Notes: a model not told the origin generated them from the letters alone. A stretch of DNA of 63,638 nucleotides, filler included, from Folioceros fuciformis (GCA_049999805.1; 4 parts of 3 records of this genome joined end to end with filler, not necessarily neighbours in it), one strand, 5' to 3'; counted from the whole stretch's first letter, positions 1 to 14,602 are shown. Translations and numbers: made by a program.

Positions 1-125
1 CCGCCAGGCCATTGTGGACTACTGCGCAGGCAGGTCGCCTGCTGTGCTCAAAGTCATCAAGATCCAGCCGCTCTGATTCCGCCGTGCCTTCCTGCGCACC
101 TCAGTACAAGACCATGAGGCCGCGC

Positions 126-3100
126 ATGGCCAACCTGTCTGCTCTCCTCCAGGACTTAGCGGATCGAATTGCGAGCAAGGATGACGGGCCTCATGGCTGC
201 ACGCAGTTGGATGATGACGACCCCGTTGTCGCTCGATTTCGCTCCATTCTTCCCACTCTTCTGCAAGGATACTTAGCGCCCTCCAAAGGTTCGTGTGTGC
301 AATGTGTGTGTGTTGCGTTGCGCCCGCCTTGGCCACCATTGCGCTCGCCTCTTCCCTGTCCTCTCACCTTGTCATCCACCTGTGTGCAGTCAAGGAGCGG
401 GAATCCATGGCCATTCTTAAGCTCCTCTGCCATACCGTCACGCACTATCCTGCAGTTTTCCACCATGGCAAGGGGCATGGCGTGCTCCCTGTTCTCGGTC
501 GGATTGTGCCTCTTCTGTCCCAACACACCATCAGGTGCCCCTCCCCCTGCCTCTTCTTGAAGTCAGCCTTCGCTGTTTGATTTGTCCCGGAGCTCCACGT
601 CTTTCGGGGACCAATGTCGCTCGCGTTTGTAATCTGCAGTTCCACTCATGCACTTCTTTTTGACACCCTTTGCGCATTGATTTCCATCCTGCGTGATGGA
701 GATAAAGACATTTATAGACTCTTCTTCTCTGGCGCACTTCTACTTGTCCAAGGTTAGTACCAATTCTGTCCTTTTTACGGGCCGTGCCTCGTGCCTTGTG
801 GATGTTTGCTTTCACGGAATCTCGGCCCTTTTCAACAGCTGCACTTCTGCCGCTGGACAGATCTTGTGTCAGTGGCCACCTTCTTTTCATCTGCTACCCA
901 CTTCACCTCGTCCACGTCTCTATCTCTGCAATGCTACAGTGCAGCATACGAGATGGTTTACGACGCCAATGTTGCAGTTCAGATTCCTTTATGTCAGCTC
1001 CCATCACAGTGGACGCCACTTCAGGGCCATGGACTTCTCATTCATGTCACAGGGGCATGTCAGTGGCTTCCGCTTGCCTCATGGACGTTGAGACTAATAA
1101 ATCATTGCCTTGGTGAGGGAGCTCTTCTCGTCGAAGGTCTACTGACCTTCACCTTCCTGGAGGCAGTTGGTGTTCTGCTGTGCTACGGTGATTCTGACTT
1201 GCACAAGGTATGTGGGACAAGATCAGTCATTTTCTTCCGCTTTTGGTGTCATGATCTCTCATTATCCAACTGCCTGACTTTTGTCTGTGCTCGGAAGGCG
1301 TCTTTCGAACTCGTCCGGGTGGCAGCTTCCATCATGGATCCTGAGCTGATACCAAGTGACAAACTTATCATGTCCCTATTGTCTTTACTCGTTGAAAGTG
1401 CTGGCCTGTTGCTACCATTCAGGTATGCTTGTTAGCTTCCGACCTGGCAATGTCGTGTTCATGCTTCCATGTTGCGGAAAGGCTGTAGTGTTCCTTTGAA
1501 TGCCTCAACTGGTGTGGAAGGTATTCGGAGGAGAACTCCTACCTTGATTTGGTCAGATCTCTTGTGCATGATGGACATCACTTTTGTCTTATTCCAGGAA
1601 CAACACCTATGATTCAGCCCTTGCCTCCTGCCTGGTTGCCCTCTTTTCAACAAGTCACGCTGATGTCATTGAGTGCACAGCGCAAACATTCATGGAGGTC
1701 TTCCCAAGTGCAATCAGCAGGACAACAAGCAGTGAGTTAAGGGTAAGCCTCGTCTGGGGTTATATACATGTGTATGTACATTCGCAAGCAACTGAGTGTA
1801 ACGCCTGCGCTGACTTGTCCAGGTGGCCTTATCTGAAACCTTCTGTGTTATCATTAAGCATTGTCCCTGGTATGCCAACCACCTGGGATCTTTGCTACAG
1901 TTGGCTTTCAATCCGGAACTATGTCCAAGTCTCAGTCACTGTATTCAGCTGGCCGTAGAAGTTCTTGGGCTCGACGTGGTCACTGGCTGTGCCTCAAAGG
2001 CAGAATGCATAACCCCCAACAACCGGGCAGCCCAAGGTGTTGGATATCTTCAACAGTTTTGTGATCACTGCGGCAAATGGCAGGTCAAGGACGTGGATAA
2101 CAAACTCTTGAAACGTCAGAAGCTGAGTTCTGGGCTGCATGGGTGCAAAAAGGTGAATTGCAAAGCGATGTCAGTGGGCCCTGGTGATTCTCATACCAGG
2201 TTCAGCAATGCAATTCTTCCAGACAATGAAGAGAAGATGGTTAACGTGTACTTCCACAACTTGTTCCTGAAGACAATAGCTGAATTAGAGCCACATGTTA
2301 CAAGCCACAACGTTGACAATATGCTGGCAGCCTTGTCAACCCTCGCTCGGGTTTGCGCGCACTTCCCTGGTGCAGCTTGTAGCAACAGTCTGGTGCAGCA
2401 ATTGCAGCTATGGATTCCCTGGTTACTGGACAAGGTACGTCAACACATTATCGGGTTATTTTGGTTTTGAAGCAGTGTTGGTTCATCAAGTTTATTGGTC
2501 ATTAATAGTCCGAACTGATCTGGACTCACACAAGGAACGGGAAGGGACCCTGACTGTAGCACAGCTGTCGATGTTTCTTGAAGCCACTGAGAAGTTGATC
2601 TCAGGTCAAGGTAAAGACGGTGCTTATACGTTGTGCCATAATACATTAGGTGGAGGATGAGGAATATTTTTAAGACGCTGACCCTGTGGCTGTGCTTGGA
2701 ATCTTTTCAATACATCCAGGAACTTCTGGGGGACTAGACATGCAACTTGTCTCAGCTTCCTCTAGCCGGGACAACCTTAACTTCCTGAATCAGTGCTCAC
2801 TTAGTGAAAGTGCCATCCTGGATGTCTTGGTACTACCATGGTCACTTTTGCCGACGTCAAAGACAGAATCCCCAAGTCGGATGAAGTGTCGAGCTTTGAG
2901 CATAGTAGTAAAACTGGCTTCACATACTGACGCTGCTGGTGTTAAAATTGTTCTTGAACATGCATTCAAGGATGATGATGTTGCCGTCCGAGCTGCAGCT
3001 GTTAGAACTGTTCCTCAGTTGGCTGCCTGGTCCTCACCTGAAATCATCCGAGACTTTTGTACACGATTCTGGTAAGCCCTAAGCTACAATCTCACCAGAT

Positions 3101-6100
3101 GCCTTCTCGTACCCAAGTTCATTTTCTGCATATTGACATTTCAATTTCTTTGTGCAGTGATTTGAGAATGGATGGGGCTGAGCAAGTCCGATACACTGTG
3201 GCAGAAACTATCGGGCTAGTTGTTTGTGCATGGTACTGCCGTTACGTAAAACAGGAAAGGTCGGGAGAGCCGTCCCTCCATCAGTCAAGCTGCATGTGTC
3301 CAATCTGGGAAGCTGGGGATTATTCAAGCATGCAAACGAGTGCAGATGTTCCCAGCTCACCTGATATGGATAAGCCTTTCATTGTTAAGGGCCCAGCTTG
3401 TCTGTTTGCCTTGGATTTGTGGCGATCTTGCTTTGAACAGCTTCTTTTCCAAGAGACTTCAGAAAACGTTCAGGTAGCATTCGTAGAAAGTATGTCACGC
3501 ATCTTGCGTCACATGAGTATTGCTGAGCTAGAGCTGACAAGAGCTGACTGGTTGAAGTGCCTAGATGTCCTGCCTTTGCATGATCATAGGGCTGTTAGAG
3601 AAGCATTTAGTGTTCAGATACATTGTTTCACTGAAGATAAAGTGCTGGAAGGGATTTTTGGCATTTCTGATGACAGCAATACCAGCAATAGAGACCTTCA
3701 AATGCTTGGGAAATTGAAGCATGCCCTGGATGTGTCCAACAACCCTGCAGTCATTGAGACCTTACTGGAATCGGTCGCTGAAGTTGCCCAAGCTGCTCGA
3801 CATCGTCGTCAGTTGCTTTTCTTCTCTCTTGTGTTGCTCGTAGAACATGTGGATAGTGCAACTGTGTCAGTTCAGGTGGCGAGCGTGAGGCTTCTCCACA
3901 AAATTGCTGCTGTTGGATGGCCTGCAGCAAAGTCTCCACCTGTGCAGTTGATGGTGAGCAGTGTTCAGGAAGAGCTTTTTGAGTATCTTTGTAAACGACT
4001 CATTACTCGCCCATCAATGCTCACACAGGTGTCTGAGGCAGTTATGTCTATGGAAACATCAGAATTTTTGACTCTGATAATACCTGTTGTTCTTCCTAAG
4101 CTCATTCTGGAGCAGCAGCAGAATCCACAAGCTCTTTGCATATTGCATGAACTTTCAAGACTTCGAGACACTCAGTTACCGTTGCTTTTAGTGGAGTTTT
4201 GTCACCAAATTCTGTCAGTTCTACTCTTAAGAGCTGATGGGAATGAGCTCTTAGCAGCTTTGCAATTCTATGAAGCGCAAACAGGCTCCGAAACACGAGA
4301 CCTTTTTGCAGCTGTCTTGCCAGCGCTCCTAGATGAACTTGTACGGTTCCTTGGCGATGATACTGGAGATGCGTTGAAGAGGTGTGTAATTTTCTGCACT
4401 GTTACTCCTCTTGTTCTGCTTTAGATGGGTTTGCTGATGCGTCAACGGCTGGTTTCAGGTCTGCACGGGTGGCGCTAATGATCCAAGAAGTTGCTAGCAT
4501 TGTCACAGGATCAGATGATCTACCTAGCTTCTTGAGGACACACTTCGTTGGCCTCTTGAATAGCATTGATAGGAAGTTGCTACGAGCTAATGATCTAACG
4601 TCTCAAAAGCAGGCATTGAGATGCATTGAGCGTCTCCTGGACATGATTGGACAGCATCTTAGTGCCTTTGTGCCAAAGATAATGGCACTACTGACTCGTG
4701 CCCTACAAGAGAGATCTTTGCAATCAGATGGGTTGGCTGTGTGGCTGTTTTTTGTACAGACTCTTGCACGTGTAGCCCCAACAGCTTTGAAGCACATAGC
4801 CAGTCAGATTGTAGTAGCGCTGATGGCATGCTTGGAGGCTCATTTGGAGGAGGAAACTCCAAATCTGAGTGCGGTTGTTTGTGTTCTAGAGGAGTTGATC
4901 ATCAGAAACAGGACAGTGTTGGATGATCAGATTCGTGAATTACCTCTCCTACCAAGTCATCCGAAGCTGGCAAAGGTGAATGACGTGCTGCATGAGGCGA
5001 GGGGCCTTTTGAGCTTGCGCGATCAGCTGCAGCAAGCAGCAGATGGGCTTGGTCATGAAAGTTTGAGTGTCCGTTACACTACGGCCAGGGAGCTAAGCAA
5101 GTGGATGCGGACAAAGAGGAAGGATATTACTTGCATGATACTAGGTGAGATGTCACTGGATGCCACTGTAATCAACAACTTAACTACTGCCCTCCTGCGT
5201 GGATGTGGCGAGGAATCACGGACTGTTATGAGTCAGAGGTTAAAAATGGCATGTGCTGAATGTCTGGGAGAACTTGGGGCTATTGACCCTGCAAAATTAC
5301 ATGTGGATCTTCGACATCGATCAAGCATTGAGAGAAGTGATGAAGATCTTGTCTTTGAATTGATCAATGAGCACCTTGCGAAGGTACTCAGAGCTGCAGG
5401 TGATACAGATGTACAGGATGCAGCAGCTCTTGCGATACAGGAGCTCCTGAAGTATAGCGGGTGTCGTGAAGACCTGCTTGGTGGACGACTAACCCGGCCA
5501 TCAGGGTCAAAGGCAAAGTCAAAATTGAACAAGTCTGAGGTCCTGGAAGCTTCGAAAAGGACCCCAAGTATGTCATTCGACAATGTCTCTTCCACTGAGG
5601 CTGGTGAACAACTTTGGAGAAGGTTCTCAGAGGATGTGAAAGAAATCATAACTCCCTGCCTCACATCGAAGTATCACTTGAAAGATTCAGGTGCAGCTAT
5701 ACCTGATGGTCCCATTTTTGGCTCGGGGCTCTCGTTTAGGAGGTGGATATATTTGTGGATTAGAAGGCTGGTTTCACAAGCCACAGGTGCCAGAGCCCAT
5801 ATATTTATTGCTTGCCGAGGTGTAGTTAGGCATGATATGGGTACTGCCCTCTACCTTCTTCCTTATCTGGTTCTGAATGTGATCTGTTATGGCTCAACTG
5901 AGGCACGAGACTCCGTGACAAAAGAAATACTTGCGGTGCTTGCAAAAGCAGACTCCTCCAACACTGACTCTGTCACCCCCCTAGATGTGCCTATTGGTAA
6001 TGTCTCACGTAGTTGGTCTGGGCCTGGTGAAATGAGCACACAATCAGTGTTTGCGTTGCTGGACAATTTGGGACAGTGGCTGGATGACAGTAAAATAGTC

Positions 6101-9100
6101 ATCAGCCCGGCTACCCAGGTTACGAAAGGTGCAGGAGCTCATGCCCACATGCATGATCAGCCGCAAGTGGATCTGTCACTGCAGCACAAACATGCAGCGG
6201 AGCTGTTGGATGCAATCCCTAAGCAGGCTCTTGCTGGGGCCTCATTCAGGTGTCAGGCTTATGCACGGGCTTTGTTGTACTTTGAGTCGCACATCAGGGC
6301 TAGTTCAGGAGCGTTGAACCCTGCTGCAGGGATCAACGGGGATTTCAAAGATGAGGATCTAACTCTTCTGCTTGAGATTTATAGTGGTCTGGATGAGCCT
6401 GACGGGCTTACTGGGCTCTCTAGATTGAGAAAGTCGATGAGCTTGCAGGACCAGATCCTAATCAATGAAAAAGCAGGTAACTGGGCTGAAGCACTAACAT
6501 GTTGTGAACAGGCTTTGCAGCTGGAGCCCACCAGTGTCCCAAGGCATTGTGGAGTTCTAAACTGCTTGTTGAACATGGGTCACCTTCGCGCTTTAGTGAC
6601 TCATGTTGATGGACTTGTTTTGAGACTGCCAGATAATACTAAGGATTGGAGCTCCCGAGGTGTACAAGCTGCATGGCGACTTGGGCAGTGGAATCTGCTG
6701 GACGAATATGTAGAAGGCGCTGACATAGATGGGCCCTTGTCTGCTCCTGTAGATAGCAACACCGCTTTTGACATAAGCTTAGCTAGAATATTGCAGGCTC
6801 TTCAGAAAGGTGATCGGGTAGCATTTCGTGAAAGGTTGGCACAGTGCAGGCAGTCTCTGCTTGCACCTCTGGCAGCTGCAAGCATGGAATCATACACCCG
6901 TGCGTATCCTCTCATTGTAAAATTGCATATGCTAAAAGAATTGGAGGATTTCAGTGCCCTGACCTGCCAGGATGGAAATACCAGAGAAGAGAACAGAGAT
7001 GGGTCTAATACTGACTTGACGATTCTCAATGTCATTGCACATTGGGAAGATAGATTGCACATGACTCAGCAATCCTTGTGGACAAGGGAACCCATCTTGG
7101 CTTTACGAAGGCTTGTATTTAAGGCTATTGATATGCCTGCTGAGGTCGGCACTTGTTGGCTCCAATATGCCAAACTTTGTCGTACTGCAGGCCATTACGA
7201 AACAGCCAGGTGTGCCATTCTGGAGGCACAATCAGCTGGGGCTGCGAATGTACATGTGGAGATGGCCAAGCTGCTGTGGAACACGCAGAAAGGCCATCAA
7301 GCAATACTTGAACTCCAGCAGGCCATCCCACCTGCATATCTTGAGAAGATAAGTGCTGCTGCGGGCACCAGCGTGTCTGAGACTGGCCAGGTAATGAAGC
7401 TGCCTAAACCAGCAGAAGCCAAGAGGTCGATGACTTCTATGGATGCCAGTCAACTTAGGAGAGATGAACATCGTAATGCAGCCAAAACACTGCTCCTGCT
7501 TGCACGATGGGGTCATCATACAGGGCAAAAGCATAAAGAGGAAATCCTAAAGTTGTTTTATAACGTCAGGGAACTTCAGCCAAGGTGGGAGAAAGGGTTC
7601 TTCTATGTGGCCAAGTACTACGATGATTTGCTTGTTGATGCTCGCAGACGGCAGGAAGAAGGTCAGGACACCAATGTCAACCTCATTGGCGCGGCCAATC
7701 AACGGCAGAAGGCCTCCTCGAGTGTTGTAGCTGATGACAAACCGTGGTGGACTTACCTTTCAGACGCGATTCTTTATTACGCCAAAGCGCTACATAGGGG
7801 CCACAGACGCCTCTTCCAAGCTTTGCCCCGTTTGCTGACCTTGTGGTTTGAATTTGGAAGTGTATATCGAGACGACACTTGGGCATCGGTCAAGGGTGTG
7901 AAGACTGTACATGTAAAAGTAAGTACAAATGCTTCCTTCCTGCTGCACATTTCCTGAGACCTTCATGTTTCCTGGATTTGTTTGTAGCTGCGATATATGG
8001 GCCTGCCTTAGGCTTGACAGTATTTGGATTGCAGTTGATGAATATCATGAGGGGCTGCTTGAAGGAGCTTCCTTCCTATCAATGGCTTACCGCACTCTCT
8101 CAGCTGGTCTCAAGAATAGGCCATCCAAATGATGACGTTGTGAAGCTGGTGAAGGTTATGATCACGACAGTAATTCGTGCTCATCCCCAGCAGGCCCTGT
8201 GGACCATGGCTGCTGTGTCCAAGTCCACAGTCCAAGCGAGACGCGAGGCGGCTGCGGAAGTCCTTAAACTAGCAGCAAGCGGGGAATCTGACAAGCTACT
8301 GTTTACACAGTTCACACTCTTTATCGAGCATATGATCAAGCTCTGCTTCTATGGTGGGCATCCCAAGGCCAAGTTTCTCAGCATTGCAACAGATTTTGGC
8401 ACGTTGAAGAGAATGATGCCTGTCAGAGTGATCATGCCTATTCAACAGGCCTTGACAGTCGCCCTGCCAGCAGATGGCCTCACAAATAACACCTTCAATC
8501 CATTCTCGGCATTGGAAAACTCTACCATTCACAGCATCAAGGATGAAGTGGAAGTTCTGGCTTCGTTGCAACGGCCCAAGAAGGTAAGGCACTGAGCCTA
8601 GGCACACATTTTCACGCTGTTACTTTTCATGCAAAGGTTGTTTTCTCTTATTAGTTGGTGTGCAGGTGGTGCTTGTGTCTAGCGATGGCATAGAGCACCC
8701 ATTCCTGTGCAAACCCAAGGATGACCTCCGCAAGGATGCACGGATGATGGAGTTCACGACCATGATAAATCGTTTACTCTCTAAAGATCCAAAAAGTAGG
8801 AAAAGGAAGTTATACATTCGTACCTTCGCTGTCATTCCGCTTACCGAGGAAAGCGGAATGATCGAGTGGGTTCTGCACACTCGAGGGCTGCGGCACATAT
8901 TGCAGGATTTGTATGTGGCAGCAGGGAACTTCGACCGCAAGTCCACGAACAACAGCATCAAGCAGATATACGATCAGCACTTGGGGCAAAAGGCTGGTGG
9001 CGAGATGTTGCGAACGAAAATTTTGCCGATGTTCCCACCAATTTTTCATCGTTGGTTCTTAAATACGTTTCCAGAGCCTGCAGCTTGGTTCCGTGCGCGG

Positions 9101-9867
9101 ATTGCATATGCTCACACTAGTGCAGTGTGGTCGATGGTTGGGCACATATTGGGGCTTGGTGACAGGCACGGCGAGAACATTCTCTTTGACTCCATGACGG
9201 GGGACTGCGTGCATGTGGACTTCAGCTGTCTGTTTGACAAGGGGTTGACACTTGAGAAGCCAGAGCTGGTTCCTTTCAGGTTGACACAGGTACTCGTAGT
9301 GCACATAGATTGCATTCTGTGAGGAGGGTAATGAATGTTTGAGTTATGGGTTGCTATCTCGAGCAGGGCATTGCCAGAGTAACCATGTTTTACTGGTTCT
9401 GCAGAACATGGTAGACGGATTAGGAATCACTGGATACGAGGGGACTTTTACCCGAACTTGTGAAACCACACTGTGTATCCTCAGGGCTCACCGGGAAACT
9501 CTTATGAGCGTGTTGGAAACCTTCATTCACGATCCCCTGGTGGAGTGGACAAAAATGCACAAGTCAAGCGGAGTGGAGGTTCAGAACCCCCACGCGCAGG
9601 TATTTTTAGTGCAACGTGCAGTTGGTGCATTTGGTGCATTTGGTGCATTTGGAGGTGGACTTTAGGTTCATTTTGTTTGTGTTATGCGTTTGTGTTTAGC
9701 GCGCCATTGCCAACATTGAAGCTCGGCTACAAGGAGTTGTTGTGGGCGTCGGAGCGGCCCCGTCGTTGCCTCTGTCCGTCGAAGGCCAGGCGCATCGACT
9801 GATCAGCGAGGCTGTTTCGCATGAAAATCTGGAAAAGATGTACATCTGGTGGATGGCTTGGTTTTGA
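126..9867 (+). CDS. ATR: Serine/threonine-protein kinase ATR (PIKK family), multi-exon
   Basis: Starts MANLSALLQDLADRIAS, resembling the plant ATR N-terminus. Large exons encode HEAT/UME and FAT regions (AGASFRCQAYARALLYFE). The kinase domain has LCKPKDDLRKD, GLGDRHGENIL and VHVDFSCLFDKG. The FATC end is ENLEKMYIWWMAWF* (TGA 9865-9867). Short GT-AG introns; not every exon boundary was resolved. Confidence 0.97.
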
Positions 9868-10184
9868 CGTTGCATGAGCGTCGGCTAAGGGGAAGAAAGT
9901 GTACAGATAAATATTCTGCAAATTAGTCTTCCAAATTGGAAAACCGGAACAAGGGCGGGGCCGGGCCGGGCCGGGATGTCTCACTATGCAACATCCAGTA
10001 CAAGGTGGACTGCGTGGAATTTCGATTGGCAAATGCGATGGAGGTAGTGGCCAAATACTCTTCATTCGCTCAACTGCATGGTTGGGCCACTACCTCGAGG
10101 ACAATCCTGGATGCGAGGCGCTGGACATGCCCGGCTCCACCGCCACAATGTAGCTACTCACGCAAACTGATTTGCGGGCAAGGG

Positions 10185-11155
10185 ATGGCTACGGTTAGGT
10201 GGCAGGGTGTGAAGATGAAGAGATGGATGGCAATATCTGTGACAGCGGCTGCGGATGTCTCGACAGGTAGACAGCCCGCCCTCCCAACCCCCTGCGTACT
10301 AGTGTGATGTTCCCTGGTGTTGCTGTGCAGAAGAGGATGTAGAGACCGACGGTAGTCCGACGTTAAGTCTGCCGGAGGAGGAGAGTGTAAGGCAAAGCGT
10401 GGCTCTTTTGAAGCTGGCAGCGAAAACAAGGAAAGTGGCTGGCGAGGAGGTGTTCGCAGCGATTTCCACCCTGGAAAAGGCCAAACTGGATCCGTCCAAC
10501 TTCCTTGCCTACATAGGAGGAACTGAGTCCCCGGGCAGGACATGGATGCTAATTTTCACAAGCGGGGCGAAAGTGGTACGTGCATGTGAGCTACTGACTT
10601 GCAAAATGGACATGTACGGAATGGGGTGGAATGACATGAAAATGCGAGGCGTCCTCACCTGACACAGGTGCGGGAGGCTCTGAAGGGCAGACCGGGAGGC
10701 GGCCAGTATGTGCCCGTCACGGCGGTGCAGAATTTCGATGCAGCTGTGAGTACCTACCTAGTTTGTAGGACGTTGGCAAGGGAGAGTGAATTTAGTTTTG
10801 TTCATTCTAAGACTGATGTGGAGGACTGGCTTGAGGTGCCCTTACCCTGCGGCAGGACAATCGGATCGAGAACGGCGTGTATCTGGGAGCGGTGGGATAT
10901 GTGGCATTCCAAGGCAAGTTTTCGTGGAAGAAGCGAATTTTGGCTTTCACCTTCACGACCGTGAGCTTCAAGGTTGGAAGTCTGGGGCCCTTCAACGTGA
11001 AGATCAGCAAGGAGGAGCGGGTGCCCTCGCAAAAGGATCCTTTTTTCATATGGTTCTACGCAGATGATGAGATCATTGTGGCCAAGGGCCGAGGTGGCGG
11101 GGTGGCCTTATGGTGTCGATGCGCGCGAGTGGAGTCCCTGGCAAGCAAGGCCTGA
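10185..11155 (+). CDS. Plastid-type fibrillin/PAP-like lipocalin-fold protein (At1g18060-like), spliced
   Basis: Exons encode AAKTRKVAGEEVFAAISTLEKAKLDPS...GGTESPGRTWMLIFT, GQYVPVTAVQNFDAA and RIENGVYLG...DPFFIWFYADDEIIVAKGRGGGVALW. Putative ATG at 10185 with a transit-peptide-like start; first intron about 10268-10330. Confidence 0.75.
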
Positions 11156-12189
11156 CTCGTTGGATCCACGAGACCACGTCTCACTACAATTATGGCTTGA
11201 TTTGAGTTTAACATCGGGGTTTGCGTAGTACGTGTGTCTGCGTGTTGTGGTTTAGGTGTTGGCTCCCTAAGATTTGGTTTGGTTTTACGGAGACTAGTAT
11301 CCACCGTCCTCCGACCCTGTCCGTCCGTGGTCATCCGTGCACGGTGCAAGTGCTCTTGGTCCACATGATGTCATCGCCATATTATTGCAACATGCAACAC
11401 CCATCATAGATTACAGTTGTGGCTGGTACATGACTCGAGAGAGACAGGGCTGTGAGCTGGAACACACGAATGGCTGGCTGTTATGTGTGGCTGGTCCGAA
11501 GCGTCCGTCCGTTTAGTTCCCGTTGGAGTGGGGCGCCGGATCTGGCGGGGCTTGGTGGCTTCATGTTTGTGGCAGCGTACTACTCCACCTGAGCGAGCTA
11601 GCGATACACACAATTGCGCAGCATGCGTGCGATGTGATTTGATGTTTACCGTGCTCTTCCCAACGGATCCTTGCACGCGTTCCGCAGCGTCGCAGAGCAG
11701 ATGCAGTCGGCAGTGCACGAGCTGTGAGCTATCACAGGGTTCTGATGACTCTGATGAGTCTGTGCAATGCAAATTTTCTATGTACGGGGTGTGGGTGCAT
11801 AGATTAGGCAGCGGCAGCGGCAGCGGCAGCAGCAGCGGGGCCCAGGCGACCGGGCCCAGACCTGGACTATTGAAGCTGTGCAGTCTGCTTGCTGTTCCTG
11901 CTCCTGCCCGTCTCGTTCGCCGTGGGCCCCCACAATCTGAGAAGGACGAGGCGGAGGAGGCCTAAGGAGCAAGCAAGCCTTCTCTGCTTCTCGCATTCTT
12001 CACGTCTCATTTCCCTTGACCCACCCATGACTTGACCTCGCCATCGGGCTCACTCACGAGTCTCCACCGAACAGGGCTCTCCCAACCTCTGCCGCTCTAC
12101 CCCCCCTTGCACCATCACCGGCGGTTGTCAGAGGTCGCAGCGTCGCCCGCCTGCCCCTGCCTCAATTCTTCCCAACTTCCACCACAGCG

Positions 12190-13121
12190 ATGGCTGATTC
12201 CATGGATTGGCTCATGAACGAGGTGAGTGCCACCCTGCTGGCTTGGGCGAGGATTCATACCTGTTTCTCGTCATTTCACGGGACTTGCTGATGCGCAGTT
12301 TTTCTACGGCACCCGAGAGCACACATGGCCCACGAGATACAAGGATCCTCCGCCCGAGCCCGACAAGCCGAAGGAAGGCGAGAAATCGAAGGACGGGGAG
12401 AAGGGAAAGGAAGGAGACAAGCCCAAAGATGGCGACAAAGCGAAAGAAGGTGGCGACAAGTCCAAGGATGGGGACAAGCCTAAGGAGGGAGACAAGCCCA
12501 AAGAAGGCGAGAAGGCGAAGGAAGGGGACAAGCCCAAGGACGGTGAAAAACCCAAGGAGGATGAAAAGCCCAAAGATCCCCCTCCCCCAAAGGTTTGCAC
12601 AATCACTCACCAGGTCATTGCGGTCTCGTACTCTCTGTTTACTGCACACCTTCTCACCACCAATCTTGTGATTGGGACCTTCTTTCCATTGGCAATTGGC
12701 AGACGGTGGAGATCAAGATCAACGTATGCTGCGAAGGATGTGACAGGAAAGTGAGGAGGGTCATCACCAACCTTGCAGGTACCCACCCAGGGCGCGCTGC
12801 GCTCTACACAGACAGCTTTTGTGTTCCTGTGTTTTGTGCATTCTGTCTTGTGTCTCGCCCCAACCCTTCGCTCGCTATACCCCGCACTGGCACGCTTGCA
12901 CAGGGATTGATGGCATCAAGTACGAGTGGCCTAAGCGCAAGATTACCATCACCAGCGAGACAGTGAAAGCCGAAGACATTCTGAAAAAATGCAACAAGGG
13001 AAAGGAGCGAGTCGAGATATGGCCGGAGGAGAAAAAGCCGGACGAGAAAAAGGGGGACGAGAAAAAGACGGAGGAGAAAAAACCGGAGGAGAAAAAACAA
13101 GAGGAGAAAAAGTCGGAGTGA
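12190..13121 (+). CDS. Heavy-metal-associated (HMA) domain protein with Lys/Glu/Asp/Pro-rich repeats (HPP/HIPP-like, no terminal CaaX)
   Basis: In-frame exons 12190-12222, 12299-12592, 12703-12778 and 12904-13121 with GT-AG introns. HMA motif TVEIKINVCCEGCDRKV...KITIT...RVEIWP. KEGDKP repeats upstream and EEKKP repeats downstream. Confidence 0.85.
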
Positions 13122-13298
13122 CAGGAAGGCTGATGAGGAGGACAAAGCTTGCGGACCGCCAGAGTGATCAGTTTTGAACGACATGGCTCTACTACGACAA
13201 TTACGGGTGGCTCAAACCCAAGATTACTACTGTCACCATATGTGTGACAGCCAAAGCGGAGAAGAAAACGGTCTGAAAGGAGGCAGGCAGCAAGGTGG

Positions 13299-13471
13299 CG
13301 AGGCGAGGAGAGTCCAGTCCAGGCGAGTAGAGTCCAGTCCAGTCCAGTCCAGTCGAGGCGAGGCGAGTCCAGTCCAGGCGAGGCGAGTCCAGTCCAGGCG
13401 AGTCGAGTCCAGGCCAGGCGAGGCGAGGCGAGGAGAGTCCAGGCGAGTCGAGTCCAGGCGACTGAGTCGAG
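13299..13471. repeat. Mosaic pentanucleotide simple repeat (AGTCC/AGGCG/AGTCG units)
   Basis: Directly visible run such as aggcg-agtcc-agtcc-aggcg-agtcg, downstream of the HMA stop codon. Confidence 0.9.
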
Positions 13472-14358
13472 GTATGATGTGAGGAGCAAAGGGCGGAGGA
13501 GTCAAAGGGGGACGACAAAACAAGGGTCCATGGCAAGAAATCGAACGACGAAGGGCCTACAAGCAGCAGCAGGAAGCGCCCCCCACAAATCCCACCCTTG
13601 CAAATGTATGTATTCCTATTACACGAACCCTTATGCTTGCCTAAATTGTCCGTTAGTAGTAATGTAATGTAATCCAAACAAAGAAACCAGTATGTCTAGT
13701 ATTTTTTTATATCTTTATTTCATTATTTTACAGAGTTACTATAGGCTAATCATTTTGAGAGGGGCATAACTTAGTATGGCCGCCCTTCGGTTTGACATTT
13801 TTTTGGGCTTATTATTTTTTTAGTGATTCAAATATAATAGTGAGTTTAAAATTTTAATGAATAGATGATCCATTTATATTATCTTTAGTATTCAAGAGAG
13901 GTTCTTTCATGTTTGGTATTTGGTTGTATGATATGCATGATGAGAAGGAATATATATATATATATATATATTATAATAATAATATGCTGCTTTCCTTGTT
14001 TCAATCCTTTTTTTTACATATTTCTTTATCCAACATTCTACTTTATTAGACTGGACAAGTTTTTTATTTGTTCTTTAACAAAGACATTTTGGACAAGATT
14101 TTCCAACACATCTACACATCAATATTACCTTTTCTTTTTTGTCTTCAAGACTTTGTAGGTGAGCTACCTAAAACACGTATGTATGTAGGGCTCCATTTCC
14201 TCAGCAAAGTGTTGAAAAAATAAGGGCATGGTTATATATGCTAGAGGGTCACAAAGAGCAAACACAAAACCTTTGTTCACATAGCTGCAATTGTAAAACA
14301 AGGAGAGCCCAAAATCAAGTTCTTATCCATTGGCCTACCTACTTCTTCTAAGATTCAT

Positions 14359-14602
14359 ACACCCATACCTAAGTAGAAATGATTCATAGAGGAAGTGACT
14401 TTATGTTGTAGTGTGATTTGGGCTGATTGTTAAATGCCCTAAATTATTGCTCATGCTCAAAACTCTACTATGATGGCATAACACCCATACCTAAGTAGAA
14501 ATGATTCATAGAGGAAGTGACTTTATGTTGTAGTCTGATTTGGGCTGATTGTTAAATGCCCTAAATTATTGCTCATGCTCAAAACTCTACTATGATAGCA
14601 TA
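14359..14602. repeat. Direct tandem duplication, about 122-bp unit x2, in AT-rich intergenic DNA
   Basis: acacccatacctaagtagaaatgattcatagagg...ctctactatgat occurs at 14359 and 14481 with few mismatches. Confidence 0.9.

Noticed and set aside
11404-11996. 160-aa and 122-aa ORFs between the fibrillin-like and HMA genes
   Set aside because: No recognisable domain; they start at non-ATG or poorly supported codons and include a GCAGCG microsatellite; probably promoter or intergenic DNA.
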